A stretch of DNA of 64,000 nt from Hydrolagus affinis. Lineage: Eukaryota. A program made the translations under genes and the position numbers. Positions 13,373-26,915 of this stretch are shown here, one piece after another; position 1 is the first letter of the stretch; each line of letters starts with the position of its first letter. The DNA lies in contig JAAILG010000063.1 in NCBI GenBank assembly GCA_012026655.1, forward strand, positions 1-64,000. The letters are read 5' to 3'. The notes below the pieces were generated by a model. The model did no database searches and was not told the DNA's origin. It saw only the letters and a list, made by a program, of their open reading frames with translations.

Positions 13373-16300
13373 AGAACTGGATGGTAAGGAAGGGTCAAAG
13401 TGCTTTCAGATTTCTCAAAAGAAATCAGTGTAGAAAAGCCAATTTACAGTCATTGTGCAGAAATTTCATTGGAAAATTGATTAAATTATTTGAGATGATG
13501 CACAAACAAATAATAGTAACACCAACAAATTACATTTATTTAGCGCCTTTAACTTCAGAAGGACCTGCCAAGGCCCTGGACGGTTAAGGATTTCCACCCA
13601 GGCTGGAGGTTGAAATCACATTAGATTTCATGTAGTACCTTATCACATTGTTGAGACATCTCAAAGTGCTTCGCAGGATTTACTGTATAGTATAATTACT
13701 GTGTAAATATGGTTGTTTGTTTGTGGAGGGGTGCAAGTATATTACCATCTGGGATTAATCCTAACACTGATCACTGAAAATAGTGATTTTTTGACACATC
13801 TTTATCCTGAAATTTTCCATTAAATGGAACAATTAAATAATTCCTGGGCATGATAGACCCTATCCATCAGTTTCCACCCTTCGTTCGGATCTAGGAAGAC
13901 AAGATGTTGTCTCCCCACAGGACTGAAGGGAAAATTGTCAGATGATTCAGCTCAAAATCCCGAGTTACTTTTGTTACTTCAGCACCCAGCCTGAATGGTT
14001 TGGATAGAGAGACCTATGACCCTGTTCCATCTCAGTCAACAAAAGCTAAGTAACAGGAGGGGAAAATGTATTAATAATGGGAGAGGAAATATGTGAAATC
14101 ATTTGCAGATATAAATCAAATTGTGTCAGCTAAATAATTCATGCCAATAAAGATATTTGGTACTTTAACACTATTATTAAAGGGCAACTCCACCCTATTA
14201 TTTTGAGTAATGCAAGACGTTTTATGTTGAGGTAAACAGTTGAAAAATTTAATTCCAACTCATTCATTGTTTTGAATGGCAGGCTGTTGCATTTTTAAAG
14301 AGTACCTTCTTGGGAATACAATGGCTAAGTATTTGGGGAACCCAAACACAGAAATGGTACTGAAAGACTTAGTGTTTATTGGGACAAGCAAAAATTCTAA
14401 GAGAAAAATGAGATGAATTGGTACATTAGGGGAATAGCTTTGGAAGCACGCTCAGTACTATCTTTGCTTAAGAGATGGATTGCTCGAGGGAAGAAAACTG
14501 CAAAAGGAAAATAAGCAGAAAGGAATACCCTTATAGTACATACCATTTTTAGGGAAAGTATTCATAATTGGAAGTCGCAGTCTCATTGTTTTTTCAATAA
14601 TTTAATTTAAGTATTACACCTTTTGGTGCAGTGTTGTATGAACCTAAATTTCCTTCTCCTTTGGGTAAATAGAGCACAGCTAACAGGCATAGCAGTCACC
14701 TTAACCTTTAGAAAGCACAAATGAATTACCAGATGTCTGTGCTACCAGTGGCTTTTTCGCTTTTAAAAAATGGATCTGATAGCTTTGGCTCTCAATTTTA
14801 TTCTTTAAAATATAAATTAACTTGTACATCCTTCTTACTAGTTAGAGACAGAATTGGAGCTATTGTTAGCTGAAAATTATTTGTTAACTTTAATCACACA
14901 ATTAACTATGAGTGAATAATGTGCCACACTTTTTGTTTGTGATACTGGCATGTACGGTATTTGAATCCCACTGTGTGTTTGTGTGCGCACGTGTGCGCCT
15001 ATAATGTATGCATATATACATAATTTATGTTGACTATCATGAATTGGTTTCAATTGGGCAATAGTTCCAATAAATTATATGATGTCTGGGTAGTGACTTC
15101 ATGAATCCTTGGATTCAGTTTCTATATGTTAACTCATTTTGTCGCCATTCCATATTCCAAATTCTTAGTCCAGAAGTTCTCTGTTCAATGCCTCAAAGCT
15201 TCCTATCATCAGAGATGCAGATTATTTGATGGTCCATAGAATATTGCCCCTTTCTTCCTCTTTTCCCTATCCTGCTACATTCAGAAATTATCTATGCATC
15301 CCTTTATGCTTGGATCCAGAGCCAGTTAATGATAAATGGAATTGGATTGTTCTCGGAATACATTTTGGATTCTCTTTGTAACTGTTTCAAAATGGAGCGT
15401 CCTCCAGTACTTTTAGGATTTGGTTGTTCAAGCAATCACAAGTTAAATATAAGTTGATTCCACATTCATTTCATTTCTTCAAGGTGGTGTTGCTTTTTTT
15501 AACTCCCCTCTCAATGTAGATTTGTTCGTATGAGACATTTTTGAGCCTTCAGTCTTCAACATATTGTATTAACCTCTAAATGTGAATTCCCTCAAGCCAG
15601 CATTCCAGTTACATGTACTGGAAAGTTCAAGGTCTTCAGTGTAGACACGTAGTTATTTAAACCAGGTCCTATTCCATAATTTTGTTGCCTGAGGCTATTT
15701 CACCATTCTTAATCAGTGGCTGGTGCTTAATCTGTGCCTAGAGAATAAACTCCAGACTGTAGAGATTGCGAGTTTGCAAATGTTATGCATCCAACATGCA
15801 TGAGCTTAAGTGGTGAAGAAAATTACTTTTGCTCGGGAAGTAAGGCTTTCTGCAGTGCATTATAGCTGGTGTTTTATTTCTCCACAGCTTTCAAAATTTA
15901 CAAATTCCAGCCTGGGTCAAATGCTGTTTAACTATATATACTGTACTTCAGTTTTTACTGAAAAACTTGAAACTTTTGATATTTATATTGTGTTGATTAG
16001 TGTTTGGTGCACATTTTTACTGAACACTGGGCTTTGGGTTCATTGGCTGTTGTTTCACTTACATGGTTTTTCTATAACTTTCTGCAACGTTTTCAGTGAT
16101 TTCCCCCCCCCCCATTATTTCTAAGGAATTTCTCATTTTGGTTGCTTACAATTTTACATCAGTTATTTACTGCTCAGAAACAGCCTCAAATTTAGGAACT
16201 GTTGTTGTCAAACAGCTGTTTGTACAAAGAGTTTGTGCTTTGTTTTTGAGGAACATATACAAGAGGAACTCTTTATCAAAATAAATATTTTTGAAATTAT

Positions 16301-19131
16301 TTAGTAAGTTCGTGAGGACTAGAAGCTGGATATTTTTATTTTGCATGAAGCCCGTGACCATTTGTATTGGTTCACTCAGTTATTTGTATTCGGCTCAAAG
16401 ATTTCAGATGCCCAAAGCAAGTAGACAAAAGTTAATGCTGCAGTTTGGAAACATCAGTGTTTGCATGACTCATGCTCTTGCGACTCGTGCTTTATGTGGG
16501 TGTATCCCTCCCAGCCATGCTCAGTGTAAAAAGTCTGTGTGTATTGGTGGTTTTAATTGAGGTTGTGTGCATTTTTAGAGATTTTACTCATGCCAAATTA
16601 TGTTTTTAGATTTCTCCCCTCCCATAAAAAGCAAAGGGAAACAAATACATTCAACCTTATTCAGCAGTGCCTTTGGGTATAAATCGCATGCACAAAGTTA
16701 AACATTCATTTTCTGTCTTCTTGATTAACTGTATTCCATAAGTACTGTAATTTTACTGACTTTACATAGAAAATATAGTTATAAATTTAAACAGTGCTTG
16801 CACATTCCTGTGGAACAGTTAGCAATGCTTTCCATACTTGTGTCATATGACTATCCATATGTTTTTGATAAACATTCCAGTCTGGACTGTCTTTAGTGGT
16901 TTATCCATCCCTTTAGTGATTGGTGTCTAACTTAGATTTTATCTGATGTCAGTAAGTTTATGTAATCAACAAAACTCTGGCACTAAAGCTATTCATGCAC
17001 TCACACAGAAAATAATCATTTTCAGCAAGGATTAGAGCATTCTGCGCAGATACTGCATCAGGGAAATTAATGGTAAACTTGAGGGAATAGTTTTACTAAA
17101 ATTGTACTGGTGCATCTTTATAAATGTCAACTGTGCTGTTGCAAGGTAGTTGCTCTCGAGAAGACGGACGTACAGGTATTTGATCGGCCTTACCATTGTG
17201 TGCTTTCTCCTCTTTGCCCACTCACAAAGTCATCTACCCAGCTCTGTATCAACTTAAAAAGTTACTTCCAAATGCAGCAACTACATTTAAAGATTGTTCT
17301 GTATTATTGTACTGTGAAGCAAATGTACTGCATTTGATAAAGTTACTATTGTATTCCAACTTCAGTACATTCAGTATTACTGAAAAATGTTCTGTCTCCC
17401 ATTTATTAATTAATCACTATACCTATAACGGACAATCTACAAGAATAATTAGTCTGGTGTCTGAGAAATTCTACCGTTATTTAGTATAAAAATCCCAGTG
17501 ACTAATGTTACACATCTGACAGTCTAATGGCTAAGAAAAACAAAATATATTGAGCTAGTCTCTCGTGGCCCAGCATGTGACTCTATGAATATGCTACACC
17601 ACAGAGCTGTAGGAAATGGATTCTCACTCACTGTTCCCTACAAGTCGAGTTCTAAATTTCAGCCAGGTCATCGGGGGGTGCTAACCTTACATTTCTTTAG
17701 AAGGAAAGAGACAGAATCAATGGATAAATTATCCCCCAATCTCATTTGGATGACTTCAAGCAACTTGCTTGAGGGTCATTAGCAATGGCCTTGGGTAGGT
17801 CATGCCGTTATTCTTTCTCACGTGGAAACTTTACATTATTAATGCTTGTATTTATTATGCTAAAGGCATAATAATGATGATCAAATGATAAAAATAGGGA
17901 AGCAAACAACGTAGCTCGTCTCAGTTGGAACAGCGCTAGTGTCACTAGGATCACCTTGGTGTCTGGGTTAGGGGTGGGGAGGGAATCAGTCCAGGTTGGT
18001 GCTCCAGATCATTGTCCAATAACCACTGGTGGGGAAAGTGCAAGTGTGAGCATCAGGTGAAGTCAGAATTATATTCGGCTGTTCCTCATATATTTATGAG
18101 AGTATGAATGACCACTTGAGAGGATTAATGTGGATAGACAGTCGAAGCATACCATAGTAGAAGGAAAAGGGGAATAAAATAGCTTCGGAAAGTAAGGGGC
18201 CAGATTGGCAAGAGAATAAAAGAAATGATTACAGTACTTGCGGAAGAAAATATTTAATTTAAAATGGATATTGAGCGCTGGCCATCTGCATTCATTAGTA
18301 TGCAATTATTCTACTTAAATGCATTGTATTTTTAAGTATCTATCTAACGAAGAGCTCCCTCATGAGGCATATTATAATTATTTCCATCGGTTATAATGTC
18401 ATTTTCACAATTAGATTGTAGTGAACAATTTCATTACTTCTATTGTACAGAGCTTTCAGAATGATACACACAGCAGGGTCCTTTTTCACATTCCCGTTGG
18501 TACTAAATGCAGCATTTTATATTGAGCCTCTGTATGTAATCTGGGTCTTATTTTTTGCTGTAAGGAATGTCCACCAGAATCTTTAATAAGGCAAACTGTA
18601 AAAGGACTCACAGGCAGAATAGCTCTGGTTTTGTTTTCTTGCAAGGGGAGCGTAGTAGGTCTCAAATTTATGAAGTGGCAACAAAAAGAATTGTACAAAG
18701 TTTTATTTTAAAAAAACTAAAAAAAAATGGCAGCCACGTATCTGCAATAATGCGCCTCTGGATCTGGCATTAAAGAGAACTAGGAACAAAACCTTAGTGT
18801 GTTGAAGTTATGCCAGCAGTAGAACATCTGCAGTTACTTTCCAGGGACAAGGAATCATTATAGAAACTGACAGGATGATTGTAGTTATTTTGTGTCGAAA
18901 ATAAAACTTTTTGTTTCTGAAGTCACTAAAACTTGCAAAGCTGGTTTCTGGAGAGACACTTTTAATGGATAAGGTATTTTTTGTGCCTTTGAAAAGACAT
19001 TACTCAACTTGTGTAAAGTGGGCTGGCTTTGCGTGGCATTTTAATTTTGCACGATTGAAAAGAGTAAAGTATAAAGCAGCCTACTCGCTAAGCCTGGATT
19101 AGAAAAATGTATGTATGTTGTGCTTTTGCAG

Positions 19132-19168
19132 GAGGCCCCTCACATTCCATTCAATCTTGTCGGCGTAG
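19132..19168 (+). CDS. DNM3: Candidate alternative 3' acceptor of the DNM3 last exon, giving RRPLTFHSILSA*
   Basis: tgcttttgcag acceptor 82 nt upstream of the canonical one; phase-2 join gives an RRP start like the mammalian RRPPPLAPARPFF tail variant. Confidence 0.5.
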
Positions 19169-19213
19169 GGAACCTCTACATTTAACAGTCTTTCTATTCT
19201 TGTCTTGTTCCAG

Positions 19214-19274
19214 CCGAAGACCTCCCCCTTCACTCACTCGACCCACCATAATTCGACCGCCAAAGTTGCCCTGA
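19214..19274 (+). CDS. DNM3: Dynamin-3 canonical terminal coding exon: SRRPPPSLTRPTIIRPPKLP*
   Basis: Pyrimidine tract plus ccag acceptor; matches human DNM3 SRRPPPSPTRPTIIRP; TGA at 19272-19274. Confidence 0.92.
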
Positions 19275-19543
19275 CTAAACTAACGAGGCAAAAAGCTGTG
19301 GCATGCAAATCAACTAATTCTGTTTTCTGACTTTTAACTAACGTTTGTTGTTGTACAAACAACAGAAGTCAAACCCTGCAAACAGCATGCATAAGCAAGG
19401 AAACTGTTTTAAAATGAATGACCCTCGTCAGACTTACTGTGCAGAAGTTAATATACTCAGTAACTTTCAACAAAATTTATCAGTGCTACTCAAATATTAG
19501 TTTGGTGCATTTAACCTGCATGTCCAGAGATGTTTATCTGTGC

Positions 19544-19549
19544 AATAAA
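19544..19549 (+). promoter_or_regulatory. Candidate DNM3 polyadenylation signal (others at 20851 and 22288)
   Basis: AATAAA downstream of the terminal exons. Confidence 0.4.
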
Positions 19550-21922
19550 ACCAAAAGGTTATCCATTGATGTACGTTGCTACTTTGAGGTATTTAGGTAT
19601 CTCTAATTTACTTCTTGTACACCAAAATTTTATTGCAAGTAATTGCCTGTATTTATGAAAAAAATAAGAATTACAATATAATATTTTCAAAGCTTGATAA
19701 GCAGTTTCCATATTGAAATTTGAGCTTTAGTCAACTAATTGCCAATGCTTTGTGTTTTTTCACCCATTTAAAACTATGTTTCTACATTTTTATTTCTGCC
19801 CTAAATCTTAGCAACTGATTCTTGTCTAGCTGGAAGCGCATACTTTGAGAGTTTTGCAGTCTCTTAACAACTTTCATATTCTAACCTACAAAAGCATAAT
19901 TTATTTTTGTGGCATTTTATTTTACAAAACACAACAGCTAGATAGATTTAAATGGCTATTTGTTTGCCCCGAGGAGATTTCATCCCAAACCCAAAGTAAG
20001 AGAAAGCAAGCAGCCAAATCAGTGTGTGCTACTCAGTTACATAATTATTCCTTCTGATTTAAAATATTAGTTAACTTCAGTTTGAGCAATTTTTGTATCA
20101 GAATTATGCTGTTCTCCGTAGTTCAAGAAAACAATTATGTTTCAATTACTGCCTGTGAATTATCTAATCAGTACGTCTGTATAAAAGCCACCAGTATATG
20201 TGCACACATACCACTATAATACTCGAGGAAACATTTATAAACTGGACCCTCAACTGATTCTTGATGTTCTTGGTGAAACTGCTGAAATCATCTTGTAAGA
20301 CTGTGACAAATATAAGTTGCTGAACTAAATTGATTACCATTTTGTTATGTTTTTATTAATCTTGACCAGATATACATTAGTAAGTGATAACCAAGACTGA
20401 ATTTTTTTTCCAAGAAAGTAGCCAAGTCCAAATATCAGTCAAACATGTAAAAGGAAAAAAAATAGCTTTTGCATTCTGTTCTTTTCAGGATTAAAATGAA
20501 GCAACATGTTACCAAACCTAGGGCACTGTAATATGTTTCTGAAAGTACATTGCTGGATATGCTGTGCGGTGCTCCTAATAAGAAACTAACTTGATGATAT
20601 CTTTTTCTCTTAACATATGCCTTTGAATTTCCTGCTCAAATGTTTTAATCACATTACGTTATTATAATGGCTGCCTATTGAGCTTCCTGCACCCCTTCTC
20701 CCCAAATGAATTGATTTATATTTTTGTTTTCATTTCCCAACATTTTTGAAATAAGCTGTACAAAATAGAAATCTTTTCAATACTTATGAAGAAACTAACT
20801 TTTTAAAAATAATAAGAATATTTGCGACAATCGAATTTGCCTTGATGAAAAATAAATGTGTAGATGTGAGTGTATCTGAAAAGATAATAACAGTAACTTT
20901 TGAGGCTGTGTCTAAGAATATCACACTGTATTGAGTCTCACCTTATGCTATGTAATTCGGGACTTGGAATCACACAGTCTAAACTGCTACGCCAATGCAG
21001 TACTGGGGGGGGTGTTGCATTGTCAGACATGTCCTCCTTGGGTTGAGACATTAACTGAGGTCCTATCTGCCTATTCAGCTGGACATTAAAGATCCCATGG
21101 TACTATTTGAAAGGAGATGGGAGTTGTTCCTGGAGTCCTGACCAACAGATTCCCCAAATGAAAATGGTCACTCACTTCAAAGCTGCTTGTTGGACGTGAC
21201 TAGTTGATATTACAGAGTGGTATTTTGCACTTTAATGAATAGTACATACAAGCCCTTAATAATAATAATTGATTGTGGCTTTATTATTATTCTTAAGGCT
21301 ATATAGCTAAAAATTTATCGCCTAAAATGATTTTAGTTCTCCCTGGATTGTGACTCTGCTCAAGTTAAAATTCATAGCACACTAACTCAGTCTTTCTGCG
21401 GACCTCAGAGCTGCAAAATTCCTCACCTCCTACAGTATTCCATTTTCCAACAAACAACAGGCTTTATAAAACCCAAACTTGACATTGACACTTAATTTGC
21501 CACTTGATTTAATTTATGCCGTATCAGTCATTTTTTATCATGTACTAATCAAAAGTATTTATAGTATTCTAATGTCACTGCATACCTGGAAAGCAGTAAC
21601 AGGTAAGATCTTTAAAATACAAACTACATTTTTGTAGCTAATTCTTTGTATCTGGTAATTACATTTTCAAAAGTGTTAAAGAACAATGAAGTGTAATTCA
21701 TTTTGTGATCCCTGCTTTCCTTTGCTTTACTGTGGATTGTTGATGAGCAGTGTCCTTGTCTTACCTTGCATCTGCAAAATTCATTGCATAAAGCATCTTA
21801 TCATTGTTTACATGGTGGGCCATGAGACATGCTGATATGTGGCTGGTGACATATACCCAGGCTTTTGTTTTAGGTTTATTTTTCTTCAAACTAATTTCCC
21901 CTTTTCCATTTTTTTTATATAG

Positions 21923-21962
21923 ACGTCCTGCTCCGACTATTCCCGGAAGATCTACTTCATAA
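21923..21962 (+). CDS. DNM3: Candidate distal alternative terminal exon of DNM3: RRPAPTIPGRSTS*
   Basis: ctaat branch-like motif, long pyrimidine tract and tag acceptor; phase-2 join gives a PRD-like RxxPxxP peptide; AATAAA at 22288. Confidence 0.65.
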
Positions 21963-22794
21963 AGCGACTCATTTAATTTTCCAATATTGCTTTAAAATAT
22001 TTGTATATTTTAATTATTTTTGTGTTATGCAGTTGCACTATTTTCCATGTATATAAAAGTTTAATTCTATGTTGGTAATAAACAAAACTTTTCCAATCAA
22101 TGACCCGCACTGTTTTGGATATTTGTTGTATTCCACATGTCAACAGTTCCATGGTGATCACAGTACAATAAAGAATATGCCATTCATTTGTAAGAATTCA
22201 TTCGGAGAAGCATTATTGTGCAGAATAATGGAATACCATATAATCAATAGTTCACAAAAAAATACAAAAAAGTAATTGAAGAATATTAATAAATAATACA
22301 TCAAAATATTTTATTTTCCCATGATAACAAAATCACCTGGTAATCTCTATGTTCTAATATTTTGCTATCAAAATACCATTTTATGTAAGAATAACATTTG
22401 ATTTTGACATAGTTGGTTTGAATCGTAGTGCAGTAAACTGATGATAACTCACTGGCTTAATATGTCACTGCCATATAAGTCATCACGCTGTCACAATCCC
22501 AGCTGCATTCATCTATGCATCAGCACATATGCCTAATTTGCCTCTCCAGGTAACTCATTGCTGAGTTATCGTGACTACTTTATTGAAATTACTTACCATA
22601 CGGAATAGGACCACATACTGAAGGATTCAATTGTAAGTTTGAACAATGTTTGTTTTGGGGACATGTTCGTGAAGAGAGACACTGTGATTTAGCAATTAAT
22701 TCTTCCAAGATACATTTCCCTTGGAAACCTGTTTTATCAGAATGGCTAACAATGCCTGAATTTAAAATCTCAACCTGTGTCCTTTATAGGAAAC

Positions 22795-23060
22795 TAGGGT
22801 CCATTGATATGGAAATTTTCCGATTTAGATATATCGATGGGCTTATATCGAGATATACCGACATATCAATATTTTCGGGGTTTTCGTACTGTGCATGCGG
22901 AGGTGTGCGCGCATTCAGGGGTGCGCGCGCATTCGGGGCCTATCCCCTCAGGAGGTAAATATCTCTGTGTCCCTCACACTCACTCTCACCATCTCTGTGT
23001 TTTTTCTGTCTGTGTCTCTGTGTCTCTCTCCTCTCTCACCGCCCCCCACCCCCCCCCATC

Positions 23061-23091
<31 letters not shown>

Positions 23092-23481
23092 GTATATTAT
23101 CACATCCCCCCGTCTCTCCCCCCCACCCCACCGTCNNNNNNNNNNNNNNNNNNNNNNNNNNNNNNNNNNNNNNNNNNNNNNNNNNNNNNNNNNNNNNNNN
23201 NNNNNNNNNNNNNNNNNNNNNNNNNNNNNNNNNNNTCTCCCCTCACCCCTTGTATACCTGTATATTGTATTCGAGGACTATGAATACAATATGGCGGCTT
23301 GCACCTCAGTCTGTGCATTGTGTATAGAGATGAGCATTCTGGGTCTTGTAGTTCAGTGTGCGCGCATTCCCATTTTTTCGATATATCAGCTTTTTCGATG
23401 TATTGATATTTTTTAAATGTCTATATCGGCGTATCGATATGAAAATTATATCGGATATAATCGATTTATCGCCAGACCCTA
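22795..23481. mobile_element. Non-autonomous hAT-like DNA transposon (contains N gap 23136-23235)
   Basis: TIRs TAGGGTC/GACCCTA; 8-bp TSD taggaaac (22787) and taggaagc (23482); subterminal ATCGAT/CGATAT repeats. Confidence 0.8.
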
Positions 23482-23689
23482 TAGGAAGCATATAAATAAA
23501 TGCCTAGAGCATTGTTGTGGAGATATGTAAGAAGATACCATAAACAGAGCAAATGGCAAGAATCCCTGTTTCTCTGATTTCATACAATTAAGGGATATAT
23601 TTAAGTGATTATATAATGTGACATGTAAACATTTGCTGTAGAATAGTGATGGGATTATTTTGGTTTTCCAAATGTCACTTTCAAGGTAA

Positions 23690-24045
23690 TCGATGGCCTT
23701 GCCCCTTTCTATCTCTCCAACCTGCTGACTCCTGCTGACTCCCTACCAACCTGCCTGCCCCCTCCGTTCAGGATCCGCTCCATGTCTCCCGTCCGACCCA
23801 CCCTACCATTGGTGGCCGGGCTGGCAGCCTCTCTGCCCCCACACTCTGGAACTACATCCCACAATCTCTATTCCTCGCTTCCTCCCTTGCCTCCTTCAAG
23901 GCCGGTCTCAAGGCTGTGCCTTCAGCCGCCCTTCCCTCCCCTCCCACCCACCCTGCCCTCCCCGTGCTCGGGTCCCGACTCCTGACAGTTAAGTGCCTTG
24001 GGACGTCCTCCCGACATGAAAGACGTTCTATAAATGTTGTTGCTG
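23690..24045 (+). mobile_element. L2 3' fragment
   Basis: C-rich ORF2 end, ttgggacgtcctcccgac..tataaatg tail with (GTT) repeat. Confidence 0.7.
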
Positions 24046-26646
24046 GTGTTTTTGTAAAACAATTGGATGTGGATAAAGAATAAAAAAGGAAAGTTAAGAA
24101 GTACACCTCTTGAGGGAAATAATATTGATATTTATAGAACAGAGGCCTTATTCGAGTCCAGAGATTGAAGGATCCAACAGACTCATTTGAGATAAAACAT
24201 GATATTGGATATGGTGATAAAACACTGGCACAATAAAGAGATACTATTTGCCAAGATCATAAAGAATAGATGTAAAGGGGAAAAAAAGATCCAACATGGC
24301 CATTTAAATAAACAAGCAAACTTTTCTAAACCATTTACAACAGCAGTGAAAAGGGTAATTGACACAAGTATTGATGGCAGGTTTGGCAAGGGACCACTGA
24401 CTGTCAGTCAAGAAGGACAAGAAGGACCGTAAGGGAGTTGAGATAGCAGTTTACTTTTTTTTGGAAAAAGTTACATTAGCAGCTGATAGTCGATTTCCTT
24501 ATGGTATAAAGAAGAGATGATGTCAGCGCAGAATGTTTCAGACTGATGAAGATGTGAGATGCAACAGAATTCATCATGTAAAAATACAGGATTGAAAATG
24601 TACAACAACACCAAAATTACATTTATAGAGCGCCTTTCACGTCGAGAAGACGTCCCAAGGCACTGAGTGAACTGAGTGAATCTAATGGTCAGGCTTACTA
24701 TAATAATCCTTGCATATGGCTCTTTATCATGTCATTAAAACATCTCAAAATGCTTCATAGGATTTACAGTAAAGTACTATGACTGTATTTAGAGGTGAAC
24801 GTAACAATTTGCACACGGTAATGTCCCACAAACAACCATGCAATGAATGACGAACTTTATCTGAAGGATTGTTGACTAGGGCACTGGAAGAAACTCCCTT
24901 CTTTTTTGAATAGTGCCATGGGATCATTAATATCCACCTGAACAGGCAGACGGGATATTGGTTACAAAATTCATAAGGAATTAGGACTTGCACCTTTACA
25001 AAATATCAGTCACTTTACCTACCAATCTGAAACAGCAGAATAGAATAACAGTTTATCCCAAGAAGTAGGAGGAGAGGATTTCTAAGATCAGTGTAGTTGA
25101 CTGGTTTAATATTAATTGTTAAGGGGTATTCATCAAGAGACAGATTTTAAATTGGACGTTGGAAAGAACAGTTTTCCTGAGCATAACGTCAGAGATTACA
25201 TGATTGAAATGTTAAAAAGCCTCGCCTCTCTTACACAAAGGAATTTTAGCATTGCCTTTTTGTTAGGGACATTGGTGGCAAAGAGGTTTGTCAAATCAAT
25301 AGCACCATCTGTTTAATTTCATGTTATGTCATGGTTGAATGGGAGGTTTAATAAACATGAATAGCTGCATTGTTCCTCATACTGCTGTTCTCCATGGCTG
25401 TGTGACCAGCCATAACAACATATGAGAAGAGATAAGTTATTACATCCACTTTCGATTTAGATAGTCTGTGCTGGGCTTGAATGTTGATGTGAGATGTCTG
25501 ATGAATGAGCTTTCCAAGAACAACATTTGATTCGATATCCGACTATCACTGGAACAGATCTGGTCTACCCAAATCAGGTATAATTAGTCACTGCAAAGTT
25601 TCTGAACACAGGGGCTAGATACAGCATTCTGAGATCAGCTTGAAGCCAATTATTGCTATAAAATATGACTATTTTCATTTATTGACTGTAGAAATTGGGG
25701 AAGGGTGAATAAAAATCAAACCAGCCTTTTTTTTTGCCCAGGCAAATACTTCTTTACATTCTGCCACAAACTCGATTTTAACACGGGTATATAGATCAGA
25801 GTTTAAACAATTCTGTAGTTAGTGGCAATCCAATCAACAACAACACAATTACATCTGTATAACCCCTTTAACAGATATTACTGTAATTATCCCTTAAAGC
25901 AAAACTTCATTAAAAAATATATATCTTTCAAAAGGAACTGAAAGCAGAAGCCAGCAGTTGTGGGGATTGGGTTAAATATGGAGAAAAAAAGTTAATTTTC
26001 TGAATGTGCAGTTTCTGTCGTGGCACATTCTGTAACTCTAAGAATGGTTGAGAAAAATAAATGAGTGCAGAACCAGTCTGGATTTTAATCTTAAGTAATG
26101 TTACCCAGGTTGAGATTCACCCTCGGGAGATACAATGAGAAGGAAGAAAACTGGAGGAGAAATCAGCAGTGTGTGTGTGTGTGTGTTTATATATACAGTA
26201 CTGTACTTACGGTAATGTTTGCAAGCCATGAAACGTGCAAAACCAGACACTTACAAAAAACATTACAGTGCAGTACTATTGTTGGGCTGAAAATGGGAGT
26301 TACAGATTTCAGCACTACCCCCCTCCCTCTCTCTCCCCCTGCTCCCATTTTCACCTTGCATTATTTATGTACATCCCTGCAGCCATGGCAATTTGAAGTC
26401 ACAGGAGGGAGAGAGAAAGAGCCTTATTGGAAACCAGTGGATCATGACCAGCGCTGGGTGATTTGAAAGGAGATTTATAATTATACTTTCCAACAGTGGG
26501 TGGCATGGGGACGGGTACAGTCTAAAGCACAAGTCTCTGTGCACAGAGGGAGGGGGAATGTTGCCGCTTCTGTGAGGTTTAATTAAACCTGTGTTTTAAT
26601 TAATTCCCTCCCAGGGATTGCCCCTCCCTCAAAGATAAAAAAAAAC

Positions 26647-26832
26647 ATGGAAAGGAATGAACTGGCACCAGAGACCGAGGGACAGGCGTTTGTTTGTGAT
26701 GTGGAAACTGTGGGTCAGCTGAAGGTTCCTAATGTGAGTGAAATGAACCACAAAGCCATTGAAATTCCATGCAAATGTTTGGGGCAGCCTGTCACTGCTA
26801 GAGAGAGCAGCAGGTGTAACTCACAGATGAAG
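26647..26832 (+). CDS. Candidate gene X exon 1 (MERNELAP...SQMK; alternative start ATG at 26827)
   Basis: Open frame ending AAG|gtaaga, a strong phase-0 donor. Confidence 0.45.
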
Positions 26833-26881
26833 GTAAGACAAGTAACTCGTAATACGAAATTAGCCTAGAGATTGGTATTTT

Positions 26882-26883
<2 letters not shown>

Positions 26884-26915
<32 letters not shown>
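26884..26915. repeat. Compound (TA)n(GA)n microsatellite
   Basis: Read directly. Confidence 0.9.

Noticed and set aside
18646-18660. Acceptor-like ttttcttgcaag giving RGA* as another DNM3 tail
   Set aside because: AAG acceptor, trivial peptide, no supporting evidence
5174-19274. DNM2 identity suggested by the adjacent TMED gene
   Set aside because: [10 protein letters not shown], the PRD, SRRPPPS.TRPTIIRP and SUCO linkage favour DNM3
22650-23416. ORFs of 100-170 aa
   Set aside because: They run through a MITE, low-complexity sequence and an N gap
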